Shown piece by piece: positions 13,411-27,000 of a stretch of 64,000 nucleotides of DNA. The stretch lies in NCBI RefSeq assembly GCF_009914755.1, contig NC_060933.1; one strand, written 5' to 3'. Below the pieces are notes generated by a model, which did not search any database, was not told where the DNA came from, and was given only the letters and a program-made list of their open reading frames with translations. Every line of letters begins with the position of its first letter. The stretch's first letter is position 1. Origin of the DNA: the human T2T-CHM13v2.0 reference genome, Homo sapiens. The position numbers and the translations under genes were made by a program.

Positions 13411-14427
13411 GTTTTAACAACTCATTTGATGATGAAAGTTTTCCACTCCCCAGGACTCAAAGTCAAGAAAGAGTCTCCCTTTCCGTGTCAATAGCACAAT
13501 AAAGTAGCTTCCATTTCAAGTAATAAGGCTCATAAGTTCACACAGGGACTCTTCCAATATGGGAGGAAGCAAGGCTTTGACTAGGTCATCCTCATCCCTC
13601 ATCTTTTGAAGAAATGTGGATTGATGTAGAAAGCAGAGGAAACAGGTGCTTTCTAAAAAAAAATTGTGAGTAGAGTCTATTCACAACAGCTTAATTTAAG
13701 TAAATAGAATTAACAGAGTCCCAAGATAATAGGGAAGTAAAATGGGTATAGAAAAGTGATTTAAAAAGTCCTTCCCTATCAAAACGTAAATAACATATTA
13801 AAAGTAGGACAATTTTGATGGTGCCAACCTCTTTGCATGAAGGACGGAGATTGAGATTTTTGTTGAGAGAGTTCATTATAAAGAAAATAGCAAAAAGGAA
13901 ACAAATGTCCTAGCAATAGATAAATAAAGTGGGCGTCTATGGCTGAACTAGGGAAGCAAGTTCAAGGTTGCAATATGGCTTCAGGGAATCTCTGCCAGCA
14001 GGAACAATTGAGAATGTAAGAGTGGATTTGGTCACCAAGAAATGGGATGCAGTAGGAGAAGAGAGCGAAGGGCAGAAACAACCACAGTACCTTTAAGGAT
14101 CAGATAGAGAAAGAAATGATTCAAGAATCTCCTATGTTTCAACTACTTCCAAGTCAATATATCCAGCCCTGCACTCTATTGGGCTCCAGAGCCATAAATT
14201 CTAGAAGCCCCACTACACACTTGTTATGATGGCTCAAATGGGTGCGAAGTCTGTAGGACCAGTCATGAAAAATAAGAGAGTACTGCTGTTCTCACACATA
14301 TCAGGTTAAGGTTCTGTGTCTCCCTTCCTCTAAGAGACTACTTCTTGTTTGTTTGCAAGGAAAATAAAAAATATCTACTAATCTCTTGGATAGTGCCCCT
14401 TTTATTTTTAATCTCTTTGCCCCTCAA

Positions 14428-14458
<31 letters not shown>

Positions 14459-14462
14459 ATAT
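14428..14462. repeat. (TA)n microsatellite
   Basis: Directly visible. Confidence 0.9.
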
Positions 14463-14724
14463 GTCTTCATTAATAACTTAGCGAGAAAGTTGTCACTTTG
14501 TACCCCAGATAAAGCAAAGGAAGTTGTAAATGGTTTTATCATTGGCCCACAATTTCTGCCACAGGAAGACTAAATGATTAAAAAAAAAAAATCAGAAGTT
14601 TCTGCCTTGACTGGGAAGTTATCAGGGACATCTCTGCAGAGATTTGGCTATAAGAACAAAGGTCATACATCTATCCTTGTTCACTCCCATACATGAAGGG
14701 AGAAATGACAAATTGGGGGTCTAG

Positions 14725-15150
<426 letters not shown>

Positions 15151-15299
15151 TAAATGAATGGACATGGCCATGCAACAATAACATTTTATTTACAAAAACG
15201 AGCAGCAGCCCATATTTGGTCCCCATGAATCAGAGTTTGTGAATTCCTGCTTTGTGAATGATTGGAAACTCTTCCCCTCAGAATGGAGGAGGATATAGT

Positions 15300-16560
15300 G
15301 GAGGGAGATTGCCTGGTTTTGTTCCCTGATTCTAACACTACTAAGTATGTGTTACTTAATTACTGATGCCTTCGTTTCCTCATCTGTAAAAAATGGATAA
15401 TAATAGTCATCATATTAGATTGTATGAAGATCAAAGGAATCAATATATGTCAAGCACTTAAACCTGAATCTGGCATGAGAAATGACTCAGTAACTATTAT
15501 GACAATTACCTTCAGGTGGAAGGCTGAAGCCAGTGGTGGGTAACATCTAAATATGATTTGCACATTGCTTTGGATAAGAAATAAGAGTATACAAAGGCCT
15601 TTCACTGGCTTTTATCTCTTGCTGTCCCACAAATTTTTACCTCATTGGCATTTTAAAAATCAAAAGAGCCCTATTCCAAAGCAAAGAGAAAATCCCAGTT
15701 ATGGCAGGTCCCAGAAGAATGTTTCCACAAACCTTCAGACTCAACGTGTTCAAAAACAAATCTTTCATTACCACCCCAGCTCTATTTCTCCCCCTAGTAT
15801 TGCAATTTCAGAAACATCTGTTGTCTAAGCTTGAAAACTAAGAAGTTCTGTCTCCTCCCTCTCAATCCATTCACACCCAGTCACCAAACTCGATCAATTT
15901 CACTTCCACAAGATCCTTCGAAGCCATTCATTTCTTTGCATTCCTACAGCACTGAGTTCAGGTTGTCATTATTTTTCACCTGTACTACAGCAGTAGTCAT
16001 CCTATCCCTAATCTTGCCCCCAACCCATCCGTTTTGCACAATATCACTCATGAACTCTTTCATAAAAGCAAACCTAACCACTCTCATCACTCTACCCATG
16101 TCTTTATTGTAAAATGAAAGCTTAGCGTGGCATAAAAGTTCCTTAACAATCTGACCTCTTCAGTCTCATCTCTGCTGCCATCTCTCAACTCCTTCCTCTG
16201 CTTTTCCTTCCAGTGTATGTTACAGTAGCACTAAACTGCTTGCTGGCCCATCATTTTCCCTGCCTTCTCAGCTGCTAACTCTGCACTCCTCTTTCAGATC
16301 TCTGGTAGTCTCTTACTGCTGAACAACCAGACTAACTTAGGCACCTTCTATTGGGCTTCCACAGGATTCTCTTGACTCATCTATCACAGATCTTACCATG
16401 CTGTAATGATCTGTTTGCTTATAAATATTCCCCAGAAGACAGTGAGCTCCAGGAAAGAACATATCCAGTCTTATTTGTGTTTGTCTTTCCGTTGCTTCCC
16501 ACAACTCTATATCCATTATAGGTGTCCAGTAGTTTGGTTGAATTAATATACAATGAAACT
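15300..16560. mobile_element. MIR (~15300-15500) and L2 (~15700-16560) remnants
   Basis: MIR core tttcctcatctgtaaaaaatggataataatag; L2 3' end-like gtgagctccaggaaagaac...tttggttgaattaat. Confidence 0.6.
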
Positions 16561-18908
16561 AAAAAGTACAAAGGAAGAATGAGAGTGATTGGCAGGCCCT
16601 TGGAGGAGGGATCTATATCTGGTCTTTGATACCAAAGGGTTTGCAAAAGTCCAGGGAGGGGAGGAAATTGGTGGAGGACAGGCAGGGATCTGAAAGTCTG
16701 AAGAAAGGTTGAACATAAGGCATGAGAAAAGACCATTAGATTTAGTGAGCAGGATTTTCCTGGAAAACTCAAGAGTAGATTTTTAATAACTAGGTAATTA
16801 AACTGAGAAGAGAGATTATTTAGAAATAGAGACAGTAGGCATAGCTGGTTTTGAAATGAGTTAATGGATTGTCTCCTGTTTGTGTTTTAGGATGAGGAAG
16901 CATGAGTTATCTCTAAGATAAGATCATAAAAAGAGAAGAAAGACAAGTTAGAATTACGAGTTAAAGTATGGGGCAAGAGCACCAGTAGAATCAAGAGTCC
17001 AGATAAGAGGATTCTCTTTGCTAGGAGAATAGCTACTTAATCTTCAAAGTCAGAAGCAAAAGAAGAGCCAGAGAGTACCCAAGTGGGAGATTTTGAAAGA
17101 GTGAAGAGGAAAGCTGAGAGCTTCAATCTAATGGCTACCCTCAGCTACATGTGGACACAGAATGGGAAGTGCTGAGCTCTCAGAAAGTCAAAGGAAAGAG
17201 GAGAGTGCTGAGCTCTGGGAAAGGAGATGAAAAGGCAGAAGGAGACAGTACTTCTTCACTTTGCTCAGGTGAAGAGAATGTTGAATACAGAAATGAATCT
17301 CCAAGTCCTTCAAGGAAAATCCTGGTACCAAAAGTAACAAAAAAAATACTTTCTGTTATATCTTATGGCTCCAAAACACTTTATAGAATTAACTTTTGTT
17401 GGTTTACAAATATACTATAATAATTCAACATACCTGCTTTGAGTTCATTGTACCTACACCTAATAAATGGGAAAATTTAGGCCACCTGGAATTTCACCTT
17501 TTGACACATCGTGGGAAGCCTCAGCCTTAGGTGATAAAAAACATGGTTCACATGGATGCAACAGCAAATAGAGATGCGTGAGAAAATCCCATAGGCAATA
17601 CGGGCTCAAAGTGTGGTGATGAATGGCCTGAGGCAAGCAAACACTATCAAAGAATTCAGTGGAATCAATGGTAAAAGATTGACCAACTACTTAGAAGACA
17701 CTGACCACATGTGGGATTTATTAACTACCTATGCTGCTTCAGGTAGCAAGACCTACCAAACTCACACATATCTACATATTCTTTGTCAAGGAGTAAGTTG
17801 CACTACAACTGCATTACAAAAACAAAAAAGTCACTTCCAAATTCATATCTGCTCTAGCAGGCAACCTTCTTACTAACTCCTCCGTCTTCTTTCCCACTTT
17901 TTGCTGTTTGGGAAGAACCTGGAGATAAAACTCTACAAAACCACATAGGCAAATAACGACATGGGGTCAACCTCAGGTTTAGAAAACCCTGCCCCCAGAA
18001 ATCATCCCCAGGCCTGGATTTGTGAAAGCCAGCATTCTGAGAGACTCTTTCCTAAAACCATCTGATCACAGTTGTACTGTCATTTATTAATTACCACGGG
18101 AACCACCAACTGTCATCATGAAATCTTTTATAGGCATACTGTAAATATTAATAGAGCATATTAAAGTTATACCATATGCAGCAGCAGCTGATGCTATTTT
18201 ATGAAGACAATATTAGAGAGTATGCAGAATTATCACACTACAACGCCCATGATCTCTATTTCTTACAGCTGCCCTGGAGCATGACGCTGGGCCACAATTT
18301 TAACTCTTTAATCACAGAGGGGAGTAATTTGACTGATCATTTACACTGAAGCAAACTTTATCACTTAAACCAGGGTATATAGTTAATTACATGGATGCCT
18401 TTTTGTACATTCACCAGTCAACTTTTTATTATGAAAATGAGAGCAGGAGGATTTTCTTTGAAGTTTCCTAGGGAAGGAAAGAGTGTTTCCCCTGTCTTAT
18501 AGTTGAAATCAGTGTGTAGGAGTGGCTCCTAGAAGCCACATGACCTATCTGCGTTAGCTTAGACTGTGTGTCAAATGCAGTGGCCATTCTGGCAAGATAG
18601 CACATTTGTCTGATGAACTTTGTGAAGTCAACCCAAAGCTAACTTGAGGCTTATTTGGGTTGTCTCATAAGACCTGCTGCTTGCTCCCCCAAAATCTTCC
18701 CCATTGGTCTGTCACAATATCTGAAACTTGTCCCACTGTACTTGAGAGAGAGACAACTAGGTCTAGAATCTTCTGTTAAAATGCAAAATATAGATGATAG
18801 TTTGGAAATACTGTTAATTATCTTAGGAGTGATTATAGTATTCTTATTATATAGGAGGATATTCTTATTCTTAGGAGATGCATGCTGGAGTATTAAAGTG
18901 GAAGTGTC

Positions 18909-19206
18909 AGCCAGGCGCAGTGGCTCATGCCTGTAATCCCAGCACTTTGGGAGGCTGAGGCAGGCGGATCATGAGGTCAGGAGTTCGAAAACAGCCTGGT
19001 CAACATAGTGAAACCCCCATCTCTACTAAAAAAAATACAAAAAATTAGCTGGGCATGGTGGCATGTGCCTGTAATCCCAGCTACTCAGGAGGCTGAGGCA
19101 GGAGAATCGCTTGAACCCGGGAGGCGGAGGTTGCAGTGAGCCAAGATCGCACCATTGCCCTCTAGCCCAGGTGACAGTGCAAGACTCCGTCTCAAAAAAA
19201 AAAAAA
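18909..19206 (+). mobile_element. Alu (AluSg/Sc-like) with perfect 14-bp TSD
   Basis: TSD aaagtggaagtgtc at 18895-18908 and 19204-19217; pure A tail; ggatcatgagg deletion diagnostic. Confidence 0.96.
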
Positions 19207-20426
19207 GTGGAAGTGTCTTGATATTTGAAATTTACTTTCACATGTTCAAACAATACAGAAATATGTAGTGAATACACATATACACTCATTCATACAAGTT
19301 GAGATATAAAGCAAATATGACAAAATGCCAACAAATTGTTGAATTAAGGTAGAATGTATAGAAGTATTTTTGGTACTTTTTTTCAGCTTGGTTTTAAAAT
19401 CTTCATGATTAAAAAGGGAAAAAAACTCAGATATCTGAGCATACCCCCAAACCCACTGAATCAGCATCCTTGGGTATGGAACCCAGAAAGAGGCATTGCC
19501 AGTAAGTGCCTGAAGTAAGTTTTAGGGCCAATAATAGTTGAAAATTATTGAATTATAATGCTAAACACTGATGGAAGAATAAGTGTAATGACTACGTGAT
19601 AAAAAGTGCAACTTAGAAGAAGGATGGAGCAAGATGGTAGAGTAGTACTCTCCAGTGATTGTCCCCCAACAGAGACATCAATTTGAACAACTACCCACAT
19701 GCAAAAATACCTTCACAAGGGCTAAGAAAAACATATGAGAGATCACAGTGCCTGGTTGTAGCACAAAAATAAGAAAAGATACATTGAAGAGGGTAGAAAG
19801 GAGAGTTTTACATTACCTGTGTCACCCCTTCCCAACTCCAAGCAGCATACATAGCACAGAGACAGATACTGTCCACTTAGGGGAAAGAGAGGTAAATGAA
19901 CTTAGGACATTCTCTCAGGCCCCAACACTGGGCCCACCATTGTAAAATTCAGTACCAGGAAGACTCCCCCACAGTCTTTTACACAAGACCCTGCAGAATG
20001 AGTCTCAGCACCAGTCATGTCCATACTACCCCAGATTTCAGGCTTGCATGGTGGACTCAATGTCTTTATCACCATCAGGCCAACTTTAGTGGTTCTGGGC
20101 TCCACACAGCTCTCAGCAGCAGGGAACCCTCAGTGTCCTCAGGCGTCTGGTGTGCCTCAGCACTACACCAACCACAGCAGGCCCCAGGCTTCAGGCAAAG
20201 CTGAACCAGCCATAGTGGGACTTGGGCTTCCGGCAGGCCAGAAGCCTGGGGTTTCCCAGTGCTATGCCAGCTGCATCGGTCCTGGGCTTCTGGTACACTG
20301 TAGCAGTGTGCCTGCTGCAAAACTGTCTCAGAAAAAGTCAGTTTGTGAAGACTGTAATAAGCACATATTTCTTCAAATGCAAACACATCAACACATGAGT
20401 ACAAGGAATAAGAATAATCAAGAAAA

Positions 20427-20730
20427 GGCTGGACGCAGTGGCTCACACCTGTAATCCCAACACTTTGGGAGGTCAAGGCATGGGGATCACCTGAGGTCAG
20501 GAGTTCGTGACCAGCCTGGCCAACATGGTAAAACCCTGTCTGCACTAAAAATACAAAAATTGGCTGGGTGTGGTGGCTGATGCCTGTAATCACAGCTACT
20601 TGGGAGGCTGAGGCAGGAGAATCACTTGAACTGGGGAGGTGGGGGTTGCAATGAGCCAAGATCACGCCACCGAACTCCTGCCTGGATGACAAGAGCAAAA
20701 CTCCGTCTCAAAAAATAATAATAATAATAA
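20427..20730 (+). mobile_element. AluS nested in the L1MA
   Basis: Full Alu with (AAT)n tail; TSD-like aataatcaagaaaa / aataatcagaaaaa. Confidence 0.95.
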
Positions 20731-21724
20731 TCAGAAAAACAAGACATCATCAAATGAACAAAATAAAGGGTCAATGACTGACTCTAAAGAAATGGAAATG
20801 CATAAACTGCTGGACAAATAATTCAAAATAATCATTTTAAGGAAGCTCAGCAAACTTCAAGAAACAGAGAATCAACGCAATGAAGGGAGGAAAACAAGTG
20901 ACCAGAATGAAAAATGTAATACAAAGACTAAAATAATTTTAAAGAATCAAACAAAATCCTAGAAGTGAAAAATACAATGAATGAAATGAAAAATTCAGTA
21001 GAGAGCAATAGGTCATAGACTTAATCAAGCAGAAGAAAGAATCTGTGAACTCTAAGACAGAGTACTTGAAATTACGCAGTTCCAGGAGAAAAAAAATGAA
21101 ATGGAATGGAAAAAGCTTATGGGATATATGGGACATCAAAACAACAAATGTTCTAGTCAAAGGAACCAAAGAAGAAGAGTAAGATAAAAGAGCTGAAAGC
21201 TTGTTTAAAAAAATCATAGAAGTAAACTTCCCAAATCTGGAGAAATATATCCAGGTACAGGAAGGTCAAAGGTTTCTAATCAGATTCAATCAAAATAAGA
21301 ATACCCTAAGACATATTATAATCAAACTGTCAAAATCCAAAACAAAGAGATGATCTTGAAAGCAGCAAGAGAAAAGATGCAAATAACATATAAGGGTGTT
21401 CCAGTATAGCTAGCAGAGACTTCTCAGCAGAAATCTTACAGGCAAAGAAAGGGTAGGGTGATATATCCAAATTACTGAAGGGGAAAAAAAAAACCCTGCC
21501 AATCAAGGACAATGTACCAGCAATGCTGTCTTTCAAAAATGAAGGAGAGATACTTTCCCAGAGAGACAAAAGCTGAGGGAGTTCATTGCCACCAGACTTG
21601 TCTTACAAGAAATGCTAAAAGAAGTTCATCGAGCTTAAATAAAAGAATGACAATGAATAACACAAAAACACCTAAAAGCATAAAACTCACTGGTAAAAGT
21701 TAGTACACAGTCAAATTCAGAATA

Positions 21725-22070
21725 CAGATGCTCCTGAAACAATGGGCACATCATAACCACATCATAATTTCAGGAGCATCTGTATTCTGAATTTATGACA
21801 GGGTTACGATATCCCCATTGTAAGTAAAAAAAATTTCAGGTTAAAAGCGCATTTAATGCTGGCAACACAGCAGACAGTCCCTGACTCATCATAGTTTGAC
21901 TTACAATTTATTGACTTTGCAACGGTGCTAAGTGACACACATTCTGTAGAACCCATAACCCCATCATAAGTCATAAGAAGCTCCTCAACTTGTGATAAGG
22001 TTACATCACAATAAAACCATCATAAAGTAAAATAATTGTTAGTTAAACCATTGTAAGTTGAGGACCATCT
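21725..22070. mobile_element. MER47/Tigger5-family DNA transposon nested in the L1MA
   Basis: TA|cagatgctcct ... gttgaggaccatctc|TA termini and internal accca(t)tgtaagt-type motifs. Confidence 0.75.
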
Positions 22071-23891
22071 CTACTCTAATACTGTAATAGTGGTGGATAA
22101 ATCATTTACATCTTTAGAATGAAGGTAAAAAACCAAAACTATTAAAAATGATAAGAGCTACAATAATTTGTCAAGAGACATGCAGTACAAAGAGATGTAA
22201 ATTGTGACATAAAAAATTCAAAATGTTGGCGGAGTGGAGTAAAAGTGTGAGGATTTGTTTTGCTTTGCAATCAAAGTTAAGTTTTTATCAGCTTAAAATA
22301 ACCTACAATAACTAGAAAATGTTTTTTTGTAAGCTTCATGTTAATCACAAAACAAAAACCTACGGTAGATGTACAAAAAATAAAAAACAAGGAATTGAAA
22401 CATACCACTAGAAAAAATCACTTCACTACAAAGGAAGTGAAAGAGCCACAAAGCCACAAGTGAGGAAGGAAGAAAGAAAAGATCTAGGAAAAAAAAACTA
22501 GAAAACAACACAATAGCAGTAGTAAGTCCTTACCTATGAATAATTACATTGAATATATATGGATTAAATTTTCCGATTGAAAGACATAGAGTGACTGAAG
22601 GTATTTAAAAAAAACAAGACCCAATGATATGTCGTCTACAAGAAACTCACTTCACCGTAAGTGCACACATAGACCGAAAGTGAAGGGATGGAAAAAGACA
22701 TGCTATGCAAATGGAAACAGAAAAAGAGCAGGAGTAGTTATATGTATATTAGGCAAAACAGACTTTAAGTCAAAAACCATAAAAAGAGACAAGGAAGGGC
22801 ATTATATAATATTAAAGGAATCAATTTAGCAAGAAGATATAACAATTGTAAATATATACCCACCCAACACCAGAGCATCTAAATACATAAAGCAAATATT
22901 TATAGGTCTAAAGGGAGAGATATACTGCAATACAATAACAGTAGTGGACTTTAACACTCCATGTTCAGCAATTGACAGATCATCCAGACTAAAAATCAAT
23001 AAGGGAACACGGAACTTCAACTACACTGTAGATCAAATGGACCCAACAGACATATATGAAACATTCCATTCAACAGCTACAGAATACACATTTTTCTCAA
23101 CTGCACATGGAACATTCTTCAGTATAGATTTTACGTTAGACCATGAAACAAGTCTTAACAAATTTAAGAATATTGAGATCCTATCAACCATCATTTCTGA
23201 TCACAATGGTATAAAATTAGATATCAATACCAGTGGAAACTTCAGAAAATTCACAAATCCATGGAAATTAAACAACATAATCCTGAACAACTAATGGGCC
23301 AATGATAAAATTAAAAAGAAACTTACAAAGTTTCTTGAGACAAATGGAAATGGAAACACAACATACCAACCTATGGGATCCACAAAAGACTGTTCTAACA
23401 GGGAAATTTAAAGAAATAAACACCTACTTCAAAAAAAGAAGCAAGAACTTAAATACACAACCTAACATTACAACTTATAAAACAAAAACAAAGCTCAAAG
23501 TTAGTAGGACAATGAAAGTAACAAAGATCAGAGCATTATTAAATGAAGTTAAAACTTAAAAACCAATAGAAAAGATCAACAATTTTGAGTTGGCTTTTTG
23601 AAAAGATTTTTAAAAAATCAACAAACCTTTAGCTAGAATAAGAAAAGGAAAAGAGGACTCAAATACAACCATAAATTAGAAAGAAAATATTACAACTGAT
23701 TCAGCAAAAATACAAAGAATCATAGGAGACTATTATGAACAATTACATAGCAATAAATTGGATAATCTAGGAAAAATGGATAAATTTCTTGACACATACA
23801 ACCCACGAAGACTGAATTATAAAGAAATAGAAAACCTTGACAGACCTATAATGAGTAAGTAGATTGAATTGGTAAAAAAAATTCTCCCATC

Positions 23892-24856
23892 TGGTTTTTG
23901 TCATTAGTTCTGTTTATGTGGTGAATTATGTTTATTGATTTGTGTGCGTTGAACCAGTCTTGCATCCCAGGGATGAAGCCAACTTGATTGTGGTGGATAA
24001 GCTTTTCGATGTGCTGCTGGATTTGGTTTGCCAGTACTTTACTGAGGATTTTCACATTGATGCTCATCAGGGATATTGGCCTGAAGTTTTCCCTTTTTGT
24101 TGTGTCTCTGCCAGGTTTTTTGTATCAGGATGATGCTAGCCTCATAAAATGAGTTAGGGAGAAGTCCCTCCTTTTCAATTGTTTGGAATAGTTTCAGAAA
24201 GCATGGTACCAGCTCCTCTTTGTACCTTTGGTAGAATTCAGCTGTGAATTCGTCTGGTCCTGGGCTTTTTTTGGTTGGTAGGCTATTTATTACTGCCTGA
24301 AGGATCTAGAATAAGAAATACCATTTGACCCAGCAATCCCATTACTGAGTATATACCCAAAGGAATATAAATCATTCTATTATAAAGATACATGCACATG
24401 TACGTTTATTACAGCAGTATTCACAATAGCAAAAATATGGAACCAACCCGAATGCCCATCAATAATAGATGGGATAAAAAAAATGTGGTGCATATACACC
24501 ATGGAATACTATGCAGCCATAAAAAGGAATTAGATCATGTCCTTTGTAGATCATGATGAAGCTGGAAGCCATCATCCTCAGAAAACTAACACAGGAAGAG
24601 AAAACTAAACACCACATGTTCTCACTCATAAGTGGGAGCTGAACAATGAGAACACATGGACACAGGGATGGAAACAACACACACTGGGACCTGTCAGGGG
24701 GCAGGGGGAGAGAGAGCATCAGGATAAATAGCTAATCCCATGTGGGGATTGATACCTAGGTGATGGGTGCAGCAAACCACCATGGCACATGTTTACCTAT
24801 GTAACAAACCTGCACCCTCTGCCCATGTATCCCAGAACTTAAAATAAAAATTGTTT
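23892..24856 (+). mobile_element. 5'-inverted, truncated L1PA nested in the L1MA (inverted part 23892-~24298, sense part ~24296-24856)
   Basis: Minus-strand ORF2 fragment ([13 protein letters not shown]) fused to a plus-strand L1PA 3' end and tail; degenerate TSD aaaattctcccatc / aaaagtgtaccatc. Confidence 0.88.
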
Positions 24857-26637
24857 AAAAGTGTACCATCAAAAAGAAGCCTAAGATCTGATGGTTTCAC
24901 TGCTGGATCTTATCAAATGTTTAAAGAACTAATAGAAACTCTTCTCAAACTCTTCTGAAAAATCAAAATGGAACAACTACTTTTAAATTCATTTCAGGCC
25001 AGCATTACCTTGACACCAAAGTCAGATAAGAACACAACAAGAAAAGAAAACTACAGGCCAGTATCACTAATGACATGGATGCACAAATCCTCAGCAAAAT
25101 ACTAACAAACCTAATTCAAGAGCAAATAAAAAAGATCATTCACCATGATCAAGCTGATTTATCCCAGAGATATAAGGATGGTTCAACATACATAAATCAA
25201 TAAATGTGATGCATCACATTAATAGAATGAAGGATAAATCCATGTGATTATTTCAATGGGTGCAAAAAAGCATTCAACAAAATTCAACACCTTTACAGGA
25301 TAAAAACTCTCAAAAAGTTAGGCATAGAAGGAAAGTACATTAATAAAATAATGGCCATACCTGACAAATTCACAGCTAACATCACACTCAACGGAGAAAA
25401 TTTGAAAGCTTTTTTCTCCAGAGAGCAGGAACAAGACAAGAATACCTGTTCTCACCACTTCTACTCAACATATTACTGAAGGTCCTAGCCAGAGCAATTA
25501 GGCAAGATAAATAAATGAAAGGGGTCCAAATTGGAAAGGAAGAAATTATGTTATCCTTGTTTGCAGATAATGTGATCTTACATATAAAAAACCCTAAAGA
25601 CTCCATCAAAAAAAACCATTAGAATTAATGAACAAATTCAGTAAAGTCTCAGGATACAAATCAACATATAAAAACCAATGTCATTTCTATACACTAACAG
25701 CAAACTATCTGGAAAGGGAATCAAGAAAATAATCCCATCTGAAAAAGCTATAAAAAAAAATACTTAGGAATAAATTTATCCAAGGAGGTGAAACATTTCT
25801 ACATTTAAAACTGTAAAATGTTGATGAAATAATTGGAAGAAGAAAAATAAATGGAGAGATAATCCATGTTCATGAACTGGAAAAGCTAATATTGTTAAAA
25901 TGTCCATACTGCCCAGAGATCTACAGACTCAACACAACCTCTATCAAAATACAAATGATATTCTTCACAAAATAGAAAAAACAATCCTAAGATTTGTCTG
26001 GAACCATAAAAGACACCAAATAGCTAAAGCAATCTTGAGCAAAAAGAATAAAGCTGTAGGCCTCATACTACCTGACTTCAAAATAAGCTACAAAGCTATA
26101 GTAACCAAAGCAGCATGGCACTGGCATTAAAAAGAGGCACATGGACAAATGAAGCAGAATAGAGAGGCCAGAAATAAATTCATGCAACAACAGCCAACTG
26201 ATTTTTGACAAAGGCACCAAGAACACACAATGGGGAAAGGTAAATGGTGTCAGAAAAACTGGATATTCACATGCAGAAAAATGAAATTAGACCCTTATCT
26301 CATATCACATACTAAAATCAACTCAAAATGGATTAAAGACTTAAATGTAAGACTTGAAACTATAAAACTACTAGAAGAAAAGAGGGGAAAAGCTCCATGA
26401 TATTGGTCTGGGCGGTGATTTATTTTGGATATGACCCCAAAAGCACAGGCAACAAAAGCAAAAATAGACAAATGGGTTTATATCAAACAAAAGCTTCTGC
26501 ATAGAAAGGGAGCAATCAATTGAGTAAAGAGACAACCCACAGAATGGGAGAAAATATTTGCAAAATATATATATGTTAAAGGGTAATACTCAAAATATGT
26601 AAGGAATGCAAACAACTTAATAGCAAGAAAATGAATA

Positions 26638-27000
26638 TAGTAGTCCCCCCTTATCTGTGGTTTTGCTTTCTGTGGTTTGTTACCTGTGGTCAGCCACAGT
26701 CTGAAAATATTAAATGGAAAAATTCAGAAATAATCAATTCATAATTTTTAAGTCATGTGCCATCCTGAGAAGTGTGATGTAATCTTGCACTGTCTGGCTT
26801 CATCTGCCCAGCATATGAATCATCTGTTTTTCCCACATAACCATGTTATATATATGCTACCTGCCCTTTAGTCACTTAGCAGCCATCTCTGTTGTCAAAA
26901 TTTTAAAAATAGTATAAATAGGGTTCTGTACTATCTACTGATTCAAGAATCCACTGGGGATCTTGAAAAACATCCTCTGTGGGTAAGGGGGAAGCTACTG
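26638..27000. mobile_element. MER44/Tigger7-family DNA transposon nested in the L1MA
   Basis: TA|tagtagtccccccttatc ... gtaagggggaagctactg|TA inverted termini. Confidence 0.85.
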
